Source: a bacterium (GTDB lineage Bacteria; Bacillota; SLNR01; JBMNPB01). Taken from it: a DNA stretch of 64,000 bases. The translations under genes were made by a program, and so were the position numbers. The stretch is from assembly GCA_050943375.1 (NCBI GenBank), contig JBMNPB010000001.1:102278-166277 (forward strand), read 5' to 3'. The notes under the pieces were generated by a model that ran no database searches, was not told the origin of the DNA, and saw nothing but the letters and a program-made list of their open reading frames with translations. Below, piece after piece: positions 10,960 to 20,752 of the stretch (position 1 is the first letter of the stretch; each line of letters opens with the position of its first letter).

Positions 10960-13620
10960 ATGACTGCGCAAAAAAATTTGCCGACGGTCTATGACCCGAA
11001 GGCGGTCGAGAGCAAGTGGTATGATTATTGGCTGACCGAGAAATATTTTCACGCGGAAGTAGACAAGGACAAAAAACCGTACAGCATTGTCATTCCGCCG
11101 CCGAATGTTACCGGCTCTCTTCATATGGGCCACGCCCTGAACAATACTCTGCAGGACATCCTCATCCGCTGGCACAGGATGCTGGGCGAAAATGTCGTCT
11201 GGATTCCCGGCACGGACCACGCCGGCATCGCAACCCAGGTAGTTGTGGAGAGGGAACTGGCCAAGGAAGGGAAGACCAGGCATGATCTCGGCCGGGAAGC
11301 TTTTATCGAGCGAGTCTGGCAATGGAAGGAGCAATACGGCAACAGAATTATCGAACAGCTGCAGCGGCTGGGGACGTCCTGTGACTGGGACCGGGAAAGG
11401 TTCACTATGGATGAGCGCTGCTCCCGGGCGGTCCGGGAAGTTTTCGTCCATCTATACGAGAAAGGTCTGATTTACCAGGGCGACTTTATCATCAACTGGT
11501 GCCCCCGCTGTCTCACCGCCCTGTCGGATTTGGAGGTGGAGCATAATGAAACCGGCGGTCGTCTCCATTATGTCCGCTATTCCCTGGCAGACAGCGATGA
11601 GTCCATCATGGTGGCGACGACGCGGCCGGAGACAATTCTCGGGGATACCGGCATTGCCGTACACCCGGAAGATGAGCGGTACCGGCATCTGATCGGCCGC
11701 AATGCTCTCCTGCCGCTGCTGAATCGGGAATTGCCGATTATTGCCGACGATTATGTAGACCCGGAGTTCGGGACCGGAGCCGTCAAAGTCACTCCGGCTC
11801 ACGACCCGAACGACTTCGCCATGGGCGAGCGGCACAACTTGCCGAGCGTGGTGGTCATCGACGAGAAAGGCGGCATGAACGAAAATGCCGGTAAATACGC
11901 CGGGATGGATCGTTACGAATGCCGCCAGGCGATTCTGGCGGACCTGAAGACAATGGGATTCCTGGTGAAAGTGGAAGAACACACTCATGCCGTCGGACAT
12001 TGCTCCCGTTGCGATACAGTGGTTGAGCCAATGCTCTCCAAACAATGGTTTGTGAAAATGCAGCCTCTGGCCGAGCCGGCCATGCAGGTCGTCCGGGAAG
12101 GTAAGATCAAATTCGTCCCGGAACGGTTCGCCGATACTTATCTTTATTGGCTGGAGAATATTCACGATTGGTGCATTTCCCGCCAGCTCTGGTGGGGACA
12201 CCGAATCCCGGCGTGGTACTGCCGGGACTGCGGGGAAGTGCTTGTCGCGAAGGAAGATCCGACCCAATGCGGCAAATGCGGCGGCAAAAATCTCGTGCAG
12301 GACCCGGATGTGCTGGATACCTGGTTCAGTTCGGCCCTCTGGCCTTTCTCGACTCTCGGGTGGCCAGACGAAACACCGGAACTGGAGCATTTCTATCCAA
12401 CGTCGGTGCTCGCTACCGGCTACGATATCATCTTCTTCTGGGTTGCCCGGATGATTTTCATGGGCCTCGAGTTCCGGCAGGAAATTCCGTTCCATGAGGT
12501 GTTCATCAATGGACTGATTCGGGACGCGGAAGGGAAGAAAATGAGCAAGTCGCGGGGCAACACCATTGATCCCCTCGGCATTATCGAGCAGTACGGGACG
12601 GACACGCTGCGCTTCACTCTCGTGACCGGCAGTTCGCCCGGCAACGATATTCGCCTGTTCACGGAAAAATTCGAGGGTATCCGTAATTTCGCCAATAAAA
12701 TCTGGAACGCGTCCCGCTTCGTGCTGATGAATCAGGACGATACGGACGCCGGGCTGGCGGTCCCGGCACCGGAACAGCTGACCCTCGCCGACAAATGGAT
12801 TATCGGCCGGTACAACTTCGTCGCCGGTGAAATCACCCGCCTCCTGGCGCGCTATGATTTCAGCGAGGCGAGCAAAACATTATACGACTTCATCTGGAAC
12901 GAATATTGCGACTGGTATATTGAATTGGCCAAGCCGCGGCTCTACGGGAAGGAGAACGCCGCCGACCGGAAAACAGCCCAGGCCGTCCTCCGGTATGTCC
13001 TGAGCAATACCTTGAAGCTGCTACACCCCTTCATGCCCTTCATCACCGAGGAAATTTGGCAGGCCCTGCCGCACGACGGGGAAAGCATCATGGTCAGTCC
13101 CTGGCCGGAGCCGGAAATTGCGTCTGACCCGGCGGCGGAAGCGACGATGGAATTGTGCATGGAAGTCATCAAGTCCATCCGGAGCATTCGCGCCGAGATG
13201 GGTGTCGCTCCCGGTAAGAAAGCGGATGTTATCCTGCAGGCGGCGGAGGCGGGCGTCTACGCTGATCTGGAAGCAGGCTTGGGATACATCGAGCAGCTGG
13301 GCAGCGCGGCCGCTTTGACATTGACCCGGACGCTGGCGGAAAAACCGCGCAATGCGGCGGCTGCCATCACCCGGGGCGTGGAAATCTATCTGCCGCTGAA
13401 AGGTCTGATCGATATCGACAAGGAAATTGGTCGCCTGGAAAGCGAACTTGCGACTGCCCGGGCCGAAATCGGTCGGGCCGCGGGCAAACTCGCCAACACT
13501 GGTTTTCTGGCCAAGGCTCCGGCGGAAGTGGTGGAGAAGGAGAAAGCGAAGCAGGCGGAATATCAGGAGAAGGAAAGCAAGATCAAAGCGAGAATAAGAC
13601 AGCTCAAAGAGATGGCGTAA
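10960..13620 (+). CDS. valS: valyl-tRNA synthetase
   Basis: Class I HIGH (…SLHMGHA…) and KMSKS motifs, CP1 editing domain and C-terminal coiled coil. ATG 10960 with RBS gggagga. The ORF-track start 10921 lies inside the T-box terminator and is rejected. Confidence 0.95.
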   Translation: MTAQKNLPTVYDPKAVESKWYDYWLTEKYFHAEVDKDKKPYSIVIPPPNVTGSLHMGHALNNTLQDILIRWHRMLGENVVWIPGTDHAGIATQVVVERELAKEGKTRHDLGREAFIERVWQWKEQYGNRIIEQLQRLGTSCDWDRERFTMDERCSRAVREVFVHLYEKGLIYQGDFIINWCPRCLTALSDLEVEHNETGGRLHYVRYSLADSDESIMVATTRPETILGDTGIAVHPEDERYRHLIGRNALLPLLNRELPIIADDYVDPEFGTGAVKVTPAHDPNDFAMGERHNLPSVVVIDEKGGMNENAGKYAGMDRYECRQAILADLKTMGFLVKVEEHTHAVGHCSRCDTVVEPMLSKQWFVKMQPLAEPAMQVVREGKIKFVPERFADTYLYWLENIHDWCISRQLWWGHRIPAWYCRDCGEVLVAKEDPTQCGKCGGKNLVQDPDVLDTWFSSALWPFSTLGWPDETPELEHFYPTSVLATGYDIIFFWVARMIFMGLEFRQEIPFHEVFINGLIRDAEGKKMSKSRGNTIDPLGIIEQYGTDTLRFTLVTGSSPGNDIRLFTEKFEGIRNFANKIWNASRFVLMNQDDTDAGLAVPAPEQLTLADKWIIGRYNFVAGEITRLLARYDFSEASKTLYDFIWNEYCDWYIELAKPRLYGKENAADRKTAQAVLRYVLSNTLKLLHPFMPFITEEIWQALPHDGESIMVSPWPEPEIASDPAAEATMELCMEVIKSIRSIRAEMGVAPGKKADVILQAAEAGVYADLEAGLGYIEQLGSAAALTLTRTLAEKPRNAAAAITRGVEIYLPLKGLIDIDKEIGRLESELATARAEIGRAAGKLANTGFLAKAPAEVVEKEKAKQAEYQEKESKIKARIRQLKEMA

Positions 13621-13635
13621 GGTGAAGAGAAGCGA

Positions 13636-13677
13636 GGGAGAGACGATCGGCGCAGCCCGGCCGTCTCTCTCTTTTTG
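13636..13677 (+). terminator. rho-independent terminator after valS
   Basis: 10-bp stem gggagagacg/cgtctctctc followed by ctttttg. Confidence 0.7.
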
Positions 13678-13843
13678 TCCGCTCAAGGCTGATCGAACAT
13701 AGCTGTCTGTTTGCTGTGACACTCGGCGCTACAAAGCATCCGCACTCCGGGCGGGCAGTTGGCGAGGCTGCTAACGAGGTGCCGGGAGAAAAGAATCTCG
13801 GCTCTGTATCCGGCGGCGGAAACCCTCGAAGATTATTAATGCT

Positions 13844-13887
13844 TGTCTTACTTTTCTTGGTGCTGCACCGCTCTTCTGTGCTATAAT
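13844..13887 (+). promoter_or_regulatory. orphan extended -10 promoter (TGcTATAAT) in the valS-folC spacer
   Basis: tgctataat at 13879-13887. About 30 nt downstream are RBS aagggga and ATG 13919, which opens a 68-aa basic ORF. Confidence 0.35.
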
Positions 13888-14416
13888 AATGGCAGGGGAT
13901 TTCTAAGGGGATTGAAGAATGAAAAGCGCTGGAATTTTTTCCTTACATCAGAAGATGTCCGGGCGAAATATGGGTGGAACGGGCAAGCGGTTTGACGCTG
14001 CCGTCAATAAGATGGTGCGCTGCCTGAGCACACGTAAGACTGGGCTCGCGCTCTTGCCGCCGGTCACGAGCTGCCGAATGAAAACTTTGCCGCATTGGAA
14101 AAGGAAACAGACTTTTCGGCCGTGAAGGCAGAAGATGTAAAAGTAATTCCCCGGACAAGAGGTGAGTACCCTGGACAAAAGAGTAAGCGCCTTGGATGAG
14201 AAAGTGAGTGCTTTGGACGGTGAATTTGCAGCTACAAAACGGGCGTTTGTTACCCGGACGAGTGAATTCGAAGGTGATTATGGCGGAGTATATGCTGGGC
14301 GCCGACGCCAGGCTAAATGAGCATGAAGCCATCCTGCAACGGGTGCAGCGAGATTATTCCTGCCAGATGCTCCGGAGGTAATTCCGGGGCATTGTTGTAT
14401 AAGGGGAAAGAGGAGG

Positions 14417-15712
14417 TTGAGCATGAATTACCAGGAGGCGCTGGAATACATCCACGGTCTGCAGCAATTCGGGATCAAGCCGGGTTTGGCGCGAATGGAG
14501 GCCTTGCTTGAGCATCTCGGCAATCCGCATCTCGCTTATCCGTGCATCCACATCGCCGGGACGAACGGCAAAGGTTCAGTGACGGCAATGGTCACCTCTA
14601 TTCTCCGGGCGGCGGGGATAAAGACGGGACGCTACACGTCCCCAGCTTTGCAGAAATTCAATGAGCGCATCAATTTCGACGGAGCCGATATCCCGGACGC
14701 GGCGTTGGCCGCCCTGTTGACTGGTGTCCGGCCGGCGGTGGCAGCCGCGGCGGCAATTCCGGGCGGTGAACATCCGACGGAATTCGAAGTCGTCACGGCC
14801 GCCGCCTTCGAGTATTTCCGGGCGGTGGAGGCCGAGATTGCGGTGCTGGAAGCCGGCCTGGGCGGCCGTCTCGATTCCACCAATATCATCCCGACGCCGC
14901 TGGCGGCGGGAATCACCAATGTAGCCTTCGACCACATGAATGTCCTGGGCGACACGATCGAAGCGATTGCGGCGGAAAAAGCCGGGATTATCAAGAAGCG
15001 GGGAATGGTGGTCACCGGGGCGGAGGATCCGGCGGCCCTTGCGGTTATCCGGTGCGTCTGCCGGGAAAAAGAAGCCGGGCTGTGGGTGGTGGGCGAAGAC
15101 ATCCGGGCGGCAGCCGGGCCGGGCGGACGGCTCTCGCTGGCAACTCCGCGGCGGACGCACGAAGATTTAACCCTTTCCTTGGCCGGGGCGCATCAGCTGC
15201 GCAACGCCGCTACCGCGGTTGGGATTATCGACGCGCTTAGCCGGAGCGGAACCGATATTGACGCGGAAGCCGTTGCCAAAGGCTTGGCCGCCGTAACATG
15301 GCCCGGCCGTCTGGAAATAGTTCAGCACAATCCGACAGTTGTCCTGGACGGCGCTCATAATCCGGACGGCGCTCGCGCCTTAGGCCGGGCCTTGCGGAAT
15401 GCGTTCCGGTATGAGCGGCTCATTCTGGTCCTCGGTATTCTGCGGGACAAGGCGTACCCTGAGATGCTCGCGATTCTCGCGCCGCTGGCCGACACGCTTA
15501 TTCTGACTAAACCCGACAGCCCGCGGGCGGCAGAGCCAGAAGAACTGCAGGTGATCGCTGCCCGGTTCCAGAGCGATATCCGCTTGCAGGCAACAGTCGG
15601 GCAAGCGGTCGACGCGGCTTTGCGAATCGCCCGTCCGACCGACCTTGTGTGCATTGCCGGGTCTTTGTATACAGTCGGCGCAAGTCGCGATAGATGGCGA
15701 AAGCCATTGTAA
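14417..15712 (+). CDS. folC: folylpolyglutamate synthase / dihydrofolate synthase
   Basis: Mur-ligase family P-loop (…GTNGKGS…). valS-folC adjacency as in Bacillus. RBS gaggagg. Confidence 0.9.
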   Translation: MSMNYQEALEYIHGLQQFGIKPGLARMEALLEHLGNPHLAYPCIHIAGTNGKGSVTAMVTSILRAAGIKTGRYTSPALQKFNERINFDGADIPDAALAALLTGVRPAVAAAAAIPGGEHPTEFEVVTAAAFEYFRAVEAEIAVLEAGLGGRLDSTNIIPTPLAAGITNVAFDHMNVLGDTIEAIAAEKAGIIKKRGMVVTGAEDPAALAVIRCVCREKEAGLWVVGEDIRAAAGPGGRLSLATPRRTHEDLTLSLAGAHQLRNAATAVGIIDALSRSGTDIDAEAVAKGLAAVTWPGRLEIVQHNPTVVLDGAHNPDGARALGRALRNAFRYERLILVLGILRDKAYPEMLAILAPLADTLILTKPDSPRAAEPEELQVIAARFQSDIRLQATVGQAVDAALRIARPTDLVCIAGSLYTVGASRDRWRKPL

Positions 15713-15718
15713 CATAAT
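15383..15718. repeat. direct repeat copy 1 (native folC 3' end), paired with 22786-23125
   Basis: ~340 bp. The distal ~250 bp are >90% identical to 22870-23125. Similarity ends exactly at the folC stop codon. Confidence 0.85.
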
Positions 15719-15941
15719 AAAGAAATGGTTCTTGCTGTGTTTCTGTGTGTCTGCGGGCAATTTGCCGGCTAATGGCATCAATCACGTCCGCCGGTAACCG
15801 GCGGGGGCGGGCAAGGGAATAATGAATCTGCTATGTATCGGATTGTGGATGTGATCAGAAGCGACGGTTTGGGGGCTGATCGGGCTGCCGCCCGGATTTT
15901 TTGCATCAGAGCCGAGAATAAGCAGGAAAAAAGAAAACAAT

Positions 15942-16100
15942 GGCGAATCATAGCAATATGCATCATGAAACATATAGGTAAAATTTAATATTATTTTTTA
16001 AAATTCAATATGCATTAACAAACATAATAAAAATATATGTATTAAACATAGTTATTAAAGGTTAAGTAAATCTATCTAATACATTAGAAGATATAAAGCA
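15942..16100. repeat. ~50-bp motif (ggcgaatcatagcaatatgcatcatgaaacata … tagaagatataaagca) split by a 110-bp AT-rich insert; second uninterrupted copy at 16865-16916
   Basis: Direct comparison of the two regions. The insert 15975-16084 is ~20% GC in a ~60% GC genome. Confidence 0.6.
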
Positions 16101-16250
16101 GAATGTCCGTTTCCGATCGTATCTCACCCCTCGGTGAAAAGGACGGATACGGCATTAAGGGGCAAAATTGTGTGCTGCCAGGCCTGGGCAGCTCGCTTCC
16201 GGTAAACATGGAAGCCATCAGGTTCATAGAGACTTGTTAGGAGGATAAGC
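16100..16250 (+). promoter_or_regulatory. structured 5' leader (putative riboswitch, class not identified) of the ECF S-component gene
   Basis: A nested or pseudoknot-capable set of helices: gtccgtttc/gaaaaggac, cgtatc/gatacg, cccct/agggg, gctgcc/gggcagc and gcttcc/ggaagc. These sit immediately upstream of the RBS aggagga. ECF S-component genes are typically riboswitch-controlled. Confidence 0.35.
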
Positions 16251-16808
16251 ATGAACAAAACAGTTGCCTTTATCACTAAAACCGCGATGCTGCTGGCATT
16301 AACTGTCCTGTTCCAGTCGCTGCGGGTTATTATCCCGATGCCGGCGTCGCTCAGCCAGTTTATCGCCGGTTCTCTGGTCAATATGTCGCTGATTATTGCC
16401 GGCGTCACCATTGGCATTCGGGGCGGCTTGGCCGTCGCCGTGCTCACTCCGGTTGTTGCTTTGCTGCATGGTTTTATCGGCAACCCGGTCCTGGTTCCTT
16501 TTGTTGCTCTCGGCAATGTGATTATCGTCGTCATTGTCCCCTTGCTTTACCACTCCAATCGACACTTGGCCGTCATCGCCGGAGCCGCCGCCAAATTTGT
16601 CACGCTTTATCTGCTGATCGTGAAATTTGCTTTTCCGGTCCTGCTGGCACCATCGTTGCCGGCGCCGCAGGCATCTAAGATGATTGGCGTGCTTTCTTAT
16701 CAATTTTCCTGGCTGCAGTTCGTCACGGCTTTGCTGGGTGGGGTGCTGGCTATGATAATTCTGCCTTGGCTGGTTAGGATAAACAATCAGCCGGGTGCAA
16801 AGTTCTGA
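16251..16808 (+). CDS. ECF-transporter S-component-like small membrane protein (substrate unknown)
   Basis: 185 aa with ~5-6 TM helices and an N-terminal MNKT…TKTAMLLALTVLF signature typical of ECF S components (ThiW/QueT/RibU-like). RBS aggagga. Confidence 0.7.
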   Translation: MNKTVAFITKTAMLLALTVLFQSLRVIIPMPASLSQFIAGSLVNMSLIIAGVTIGIRGGLAVAVLTPVVALLHGFIGNPVLVPFVALGNVIIVVIVPLLYHSNRHLAVIAGAAAKFVTLYLLIVKFAFPVLLAPSLPAPQASKMIGVLSYQFSWLQFVTALLGGVLAMIILPWLVRINNQPGAKF

Positions 16809-17343
16809 CACCTTTGCCGGGCGGCTGGCTGCTACGGCAAGGCAATGCGTGCGAATAAAGGAAAGGCGAATCTCATCAATATGCATGACAAAACATAGCG
16901 GTAGAAGATAAAGCATAAAAAGAGGATATCCATGTAACTTCCCTGCTTGGTATAATGTAATCTTCCCCGGTGCGAAAACAGTTGAATGCACATCGGCGTT
17001 TCCCGACTTGGCGGCAGGCGTGGCGCCGGAGAAGCGACGGGGAGGGCCAATGTATGTCTCGGTGCGCCCAAAAGGGGGAAGACGCGCTTCCAGTTAACCG
17101 TAGCGCTGCAATATTTACAGACAACGGCCTTGAGAGATCTGTCCAACAAAATTAATTATGCTAATAAAAAATGCTGAAGGAATAGAGGATTTGCTAATTC
17201 ACAGATATCTACTGCAGTCAAATTCCTGCCGGAGTGAAGGTAACAACCGGGCGAAAGGTGGTGACGTTTAGTAAAAGTCGGACTCTTATGTTCTTGCATG
17301 AATCGGGACTGAAAATTGTTGGGACAGAAGGAGGTTATCAAGT

Positions 17344-17835
17344 ATGGCAGAGGTATGCAAATACTGCGGTGACCGGCAAGTAGAGATGTATAAGGCTTTG
17401 GACAAGGTCATCGCGGAATACAAGGGCAAGCCCGGAGCGCTGATTCCGGTATTGCACCAGGCGCAGCAAATCTTCGGCTGCCTGCCTAAGGAAGTTCAGA
17501 TCCATGTGGCTGAAGGCTTGGACGTTCCGCTGGGCGACGTGTACGGAGTAATCACCTTTTACGCCTTCTTCTCTATGAAGCCGAAAGGGAAATACCAGAT
17601 CGGCGTCTGCATGGGTACGGCCTGTTATGTCAAAGGAGCGGTCAAAGTTCTGGAAGCATTGGAACAGCAGCTGGGAATAAGGCAGGACGATACCACGGAA
17701 GACGGCAAATTTTCGCTTGAGGTGCTGCGCTGCATCGGCGCCTGCGGTCTGGCGCCGGCCATCAAAATCAACGATGAAGTCTACGGCCGGATGACGGCGG
17801 GCAAAGTGGCCGAAGTATTGGCGAAATACGCCTGA
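17344..17835 (+). CDS. hydC: NuoE-like [2Fe-2S] subunit of NADH-dependent [FeFe]-hydrogenase (HydC/HndA-type)
   Basis: Thioredoxin-like [2Fe-2S] NuoE family motifs (…GTACYVKGA…RCIGACGLAP…). RBS gaaggagg. First gene of a hydrogenase operon. Confidence 0.9.
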   Translation: MAEVCKYCGDRQVEMYKALDKVIAEYKGKPGALIPVLHQAQQIFGCLPKEVQIHVAEGLDVPLGDVYGVITFYAFFSMKPKGKYQIGVCMGTACYVKGAVKVLEALEQQLGIRQDDTTEDGKFSLEVLRCIGACGLAPAIKINDEVYGRMTAGKVAEVLAKYA

Positions 17836-17850
17836 GGTCGGAGAAAGTCG

Positions 17851-18405
17851 ATGCGCGAACTGTCCCTACATATCATTGATATCCTGGAGAATTCCCGAAC
17901 GGCGGGGGCAACGCGAATTGACTTAGCCATCCGGCTCGATTCGGCGGCCGACCGGCTGACTATCCGGGTCACGGACAACGGCAGGGGCATGGACGCCGAG
18001 ATGGTCCGGCGGGCGACCGACCCGTTTGTGACTACCCGGACGGCGCGGAAGGTCGGTTTGGGGCTGCCGCTCTTAGCGGCGGCGGCAAGCCGCTGCCACG
18101 GCGATCTGTCGATTGTCTCGGAGCCGGGCAAGGGCACAAGCGTGACGGCGTTGTTTCAGCACAGTCACATCGACCGGGCGCCGCTGGGAAATATCATCGA
18201 TACCGTAACCGTATTCATCAGCGGTAATCCCGAAATCGCATTTATTCTTCGTTACAGCGTGGACGGCCGGGAAATGCGGTTGGACACGGCGGAATTGCAG
18301 GCAGAATTAAGCGATGTATCACTGAGCCACCCTTTGGTGGCCGGTTGGATAAAGCAGTACCTGCGGAAGAAATTGATTGAATTACGCGGAGGTGAAGATT
18401 GGTGA
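17851..18405 (+). CDS. GHKL (histidine-kinase-like) ATPase-domain protein embedded in the hydrogenase operon
   Basis: HATPase_c motifs (N-box …IDLAIR…, G-boxes DNGRGM and GLGLPL, GKGTSV). No HisKA or receiver domain. Similar proteins sit between hydC and hydD in Thermoanaerobacter-type hydrogenase clusters. Confidence 0.75.
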   Translation: MRELSLHIIDILENSRTAGATRIDLAIRLDSAADRLTIRVTDNGRGMDAEMVRRATDPFVTTRTARKVGLGLPLLAAAASRCHGDLSIVSEPGKGTSVTALFQHSHIDRAPLGNIIDTVTVFISGNPEIAFILRYSVDGREMRLDTAELQAELSDVSLSHPLVAGWIKQYLRKKLIELRGGEDW

Positions 18406-18764
18406 AGTCGTTGGCGGAATTGGCGGAATTACGAAAGAAGGCGCAAGAAATGACCCGGCTGCGGGAAGGAGACGCGCCGTTGAAAGTAGTGGTCGGTATG
18501 GGCACTTGCGGTATCGCGGCCGGAGCGAGAGATACGATGGCGGCCATTCTGGACGAATTGGCCCAGCATAATAGGGATGATGTAACGGTAACCCAGACGG
18601 GATGCGCTGGGCGGTGCGAGATGGAACCGCTGGTGGAAGTGTGCGAACCGGGCCAGCCCAAAGTCACTTACGGCAAGGTGACTCCAGAGAGAGCCCGCCG
18701 CATAGTCGCCGAGCATATCGGCAGCGGCCGGATAATCGAGGAGTGGGTCGTAGCTAAGCAGTAA
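18399..18764 (+). CDS. hydD: thioredoxin-like [2Fe-2S] ferredoxin subunit (HydD/HndB-type)
   Basis: 121 aa. Cys motifs CGIAAG…C…C typical of NuoE-like/HndB ferredoxins. TTG/GTG start after RBS ggaggtg. Confidence 0.8.
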   Translation: MVKSLAELAELRKKAQEMTRLREGDAPLKVVVGMGTCGIAAGARDTMAAILDELAQHNRDDVTVTQTGCAGRCEMEPLVEVCEPGQPKVTYGKVTPERARRIVAEHIGSGRIIEEWVVAKQ

Positions 18765-18904
18765 AGCATTTTCCCCTGCAAGGGAAAGTTCGGCTTTTCA
18801 CAAGCATCTAACAATCGCTCCGTCTGGCGGATAATACCGGCGGCGGACAAGGCACGAGAACACCGGGTAGTACAGAAAAGCCCGGGCTAAAGGAGGGCAA
18901 TATT

Positions 18905-20698
18905 ATGGACAGGGTTAGGGCGCACGTTTTGGTTTGCGCCGGGGCCGGCTGCATTTCCTCCAACTGCAAGGCGGTGGAGGAGGCCCTGGTCGATGAACTG
19001 GAGAAACAGGGGCTGGCGCAGGAAGTTAAAGTAGTTGAAACCGGCTGCATCGGCACCTGCGAGCTTGGCCCCATCATGGTAATTTACCCGGAAGGGATAT
19101 TTTACTGCAAGCTTAGGCCGGAAGACGCCAGGGAAATTGTCAGCGAGCACCTGCTGAAAGGGCGCCGGGTGGAGCGGCTGATGTACCGGCGGCCGGGCAG
19201 CGATATACCCATCGAAGCTGTCGACAATATCGACTTTTTCCGCAAGCAGGTACGGATTGCCCTGCGGAACACCGGTATCATCAATCCGGAAATCATCGAG
19301 GAATATATTGCCCGGGACGGTTACGCCGCTCTCGGCAAAGTGCTCACGGAGACGACTCCGGCGGAAGTCATTGATATAATGAAGAAGTCGGGCTTGCGGG
19401 GACGCGGCGGCGCCGGTTTCCCGACCGGCCTCAAATGGGAGTTTACGGCGAAAGCGAAAGGAACTCCCAAATACATTGTCTGCAACGCGGACGAAGGCGA
19501 TCCGGGTGCTTTTATGGACCGGAGCATTCTGGAAGGCGACCCGCACAGCATTATTGAAGCGATGGCCATCGCCGCTTATGCGGTGGGGGCAAACCAGGGC
19601 TATGTCTATGTCCGGGCTGAGTATCCCCTGGCAGTGGAAAGATTGAGCCAGGCGATCGGCAAGGCAAGAGAATACGGCCTGCTGGGCAAGAATATCCTTG
19701 GCACGGGATTTGATTTCGACCTGGAAATCCGGATCGGGGCCGGCGCTTTTGTATGCGGCGAAGAAACGGCACTGCTCGCCTCCATCGAAGGCAATCGCGG
19801 CGAACCGCGGCCGAAGCCGCCGTTCCCGGCGAACGAAGGAGTCTGGGGCAAGCCGACTTTGAACAACAATGTGGAGACTTACGCTAATGTTCCGGCGATA
19901 ATTCTCAAAGGCTGGGAATGGTATTCCGGCATCGGAACGGAGAAAAGTAAAGGCACGAAGGTTTTCGCCCTCGCCGGCAAGTGCAACACGGCGGGGCTTG
20001 TGGAAGTGCCGATGGGTACGACGCTACGGGAGATTATTTACGATATTGGCGGCGGTATCCAGGGTGGCAAGAAGTTCAAGGCGGCCCAGATCGGCGGACC
20101 TTCCGGCGCCTGCCTGACGGCCGAGCATTTAGACCTGCCGATGGACTATGAAAATCTGAAGGCGGTAGGTGCCATGGTCGGCTCGGGCGGCCTGATTGTT
20201 ATCGACGAGGACAACTGCATGGTTGACGTGGCGAGATTCTTCCTCGACTTCACCCAGGATGAATCCTGCGGGAAATGCGTGCCTTGCCGGATCGGGACGA
20301 AGCGGATGCTGGAAGTCCTGAACCGGATCTGTGAAGGAAAAGGTGAAGAAGGCGATATCGATAACCTGTATGAGTTGGCCAAAGTCATCAGCGGCTCCGC
20401 CCTTTGCGCGCTCGGTCAGACGGCACCAAACCCGGTGTTGAGTACGATTAAACACTTCCGGGATGAATATGAAGCGCACATTAAAGAGAGGCATTGTCCG
20501 GCGGGTATTTGTAAACCGCTCATCACATACACCATTAATCCCGCTGTCTGCCGTGCCTGCGGACTGTGCGCCAAGGCCTGCCCGGTAGAGGCCATCAGCG
20601 GGAAAGTGAAGGACAGCTTCGCCATTGGCCAGGCGAAATGCATTAAATGCGGCACTTGCCTGGAAAAATGCCCGTTCGGAGCAATTGAGAAAAAATAA
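18905..20698 (+). CDS. hydB: NuoF-like NADH-binding flavo-FeS subunit (HydB/HndC-type)
   Basis: N-terminal thioredoxin-like domain, then a 51-kDa NADH/FMN fold (GLRGRGGAGFPTGLKW) and SLBB domain. [4Fe-4S] NuoF motif (CGKCVPCR) and two C-terminal ferredoxin-type CxxCxxCxxxCP motifs. Confidence 0.9.
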   Translation: MDRVRAHVLVCAGAGCISSNCKAVEEALVDELEKQGLAQEVKVVETGCIGTCELGPIMVIYPEGIFYCKLRPEDAREIVSEHLLKGRRVERLMYRRPGSDIPIEAVDNIDFFRKQVRIALRNTGIINPEIIEEYIARDGYAALGKVLTETTPAEVIDIMKKSGLRGRGGAGFPTGLKWEFTAKAKGTPKYIVCNADEGDPGAFMDRSILEGDPHSIIEAMAIAAYAVGANQGYVYVRAEYPLAVERLSQAIGKAREYGLLGKNILGTGFDFDLEIRIGAGAFVCGEETALLASIEGNRGEPRPKPPFPANEGVWGKPTLNNNVETYANVPAIILKGWEWYSGIGTEKSKGTKVFALAGKCNTAGLVEVPMGTTLREIIYDIGGGIQGGKKFKAAQIGGPSGACLTAEHLDLPMDYENLKAVGAMVGSGGLIVIDEDNCMVDVARFFLDFTQDESCGKCVPCRIGTKRMLEVLNRICEGKGEEGDIDNLYELAKVISGSALCALGQTAPNPVLSTIKHFRDEYEAHIKERHCPAGICKPLITYTINPAVCRACGLCAKACPVEAISGKVKDSFAIGQAKCIKCGTCLEKCPFGAIEKK

Positions 20699-20752
20699 GG
20701 ATGCCGCCAAAGGGCAACGGAAGGCATTCAAAAAGAAGGAGTGTGTAAGGCA

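Noticed and set aside
11452-12495. 347-aa minus-strand ORF inside valS
   Set aside because: Antisense to valS. No independent signals.
15930-16100. CRISPR array or other interspaced repeats in the AT-rich region
   Set aside because: No regularly spaced direct repeats. The similarity is a single split copy of a motif also found at 16865-16916.
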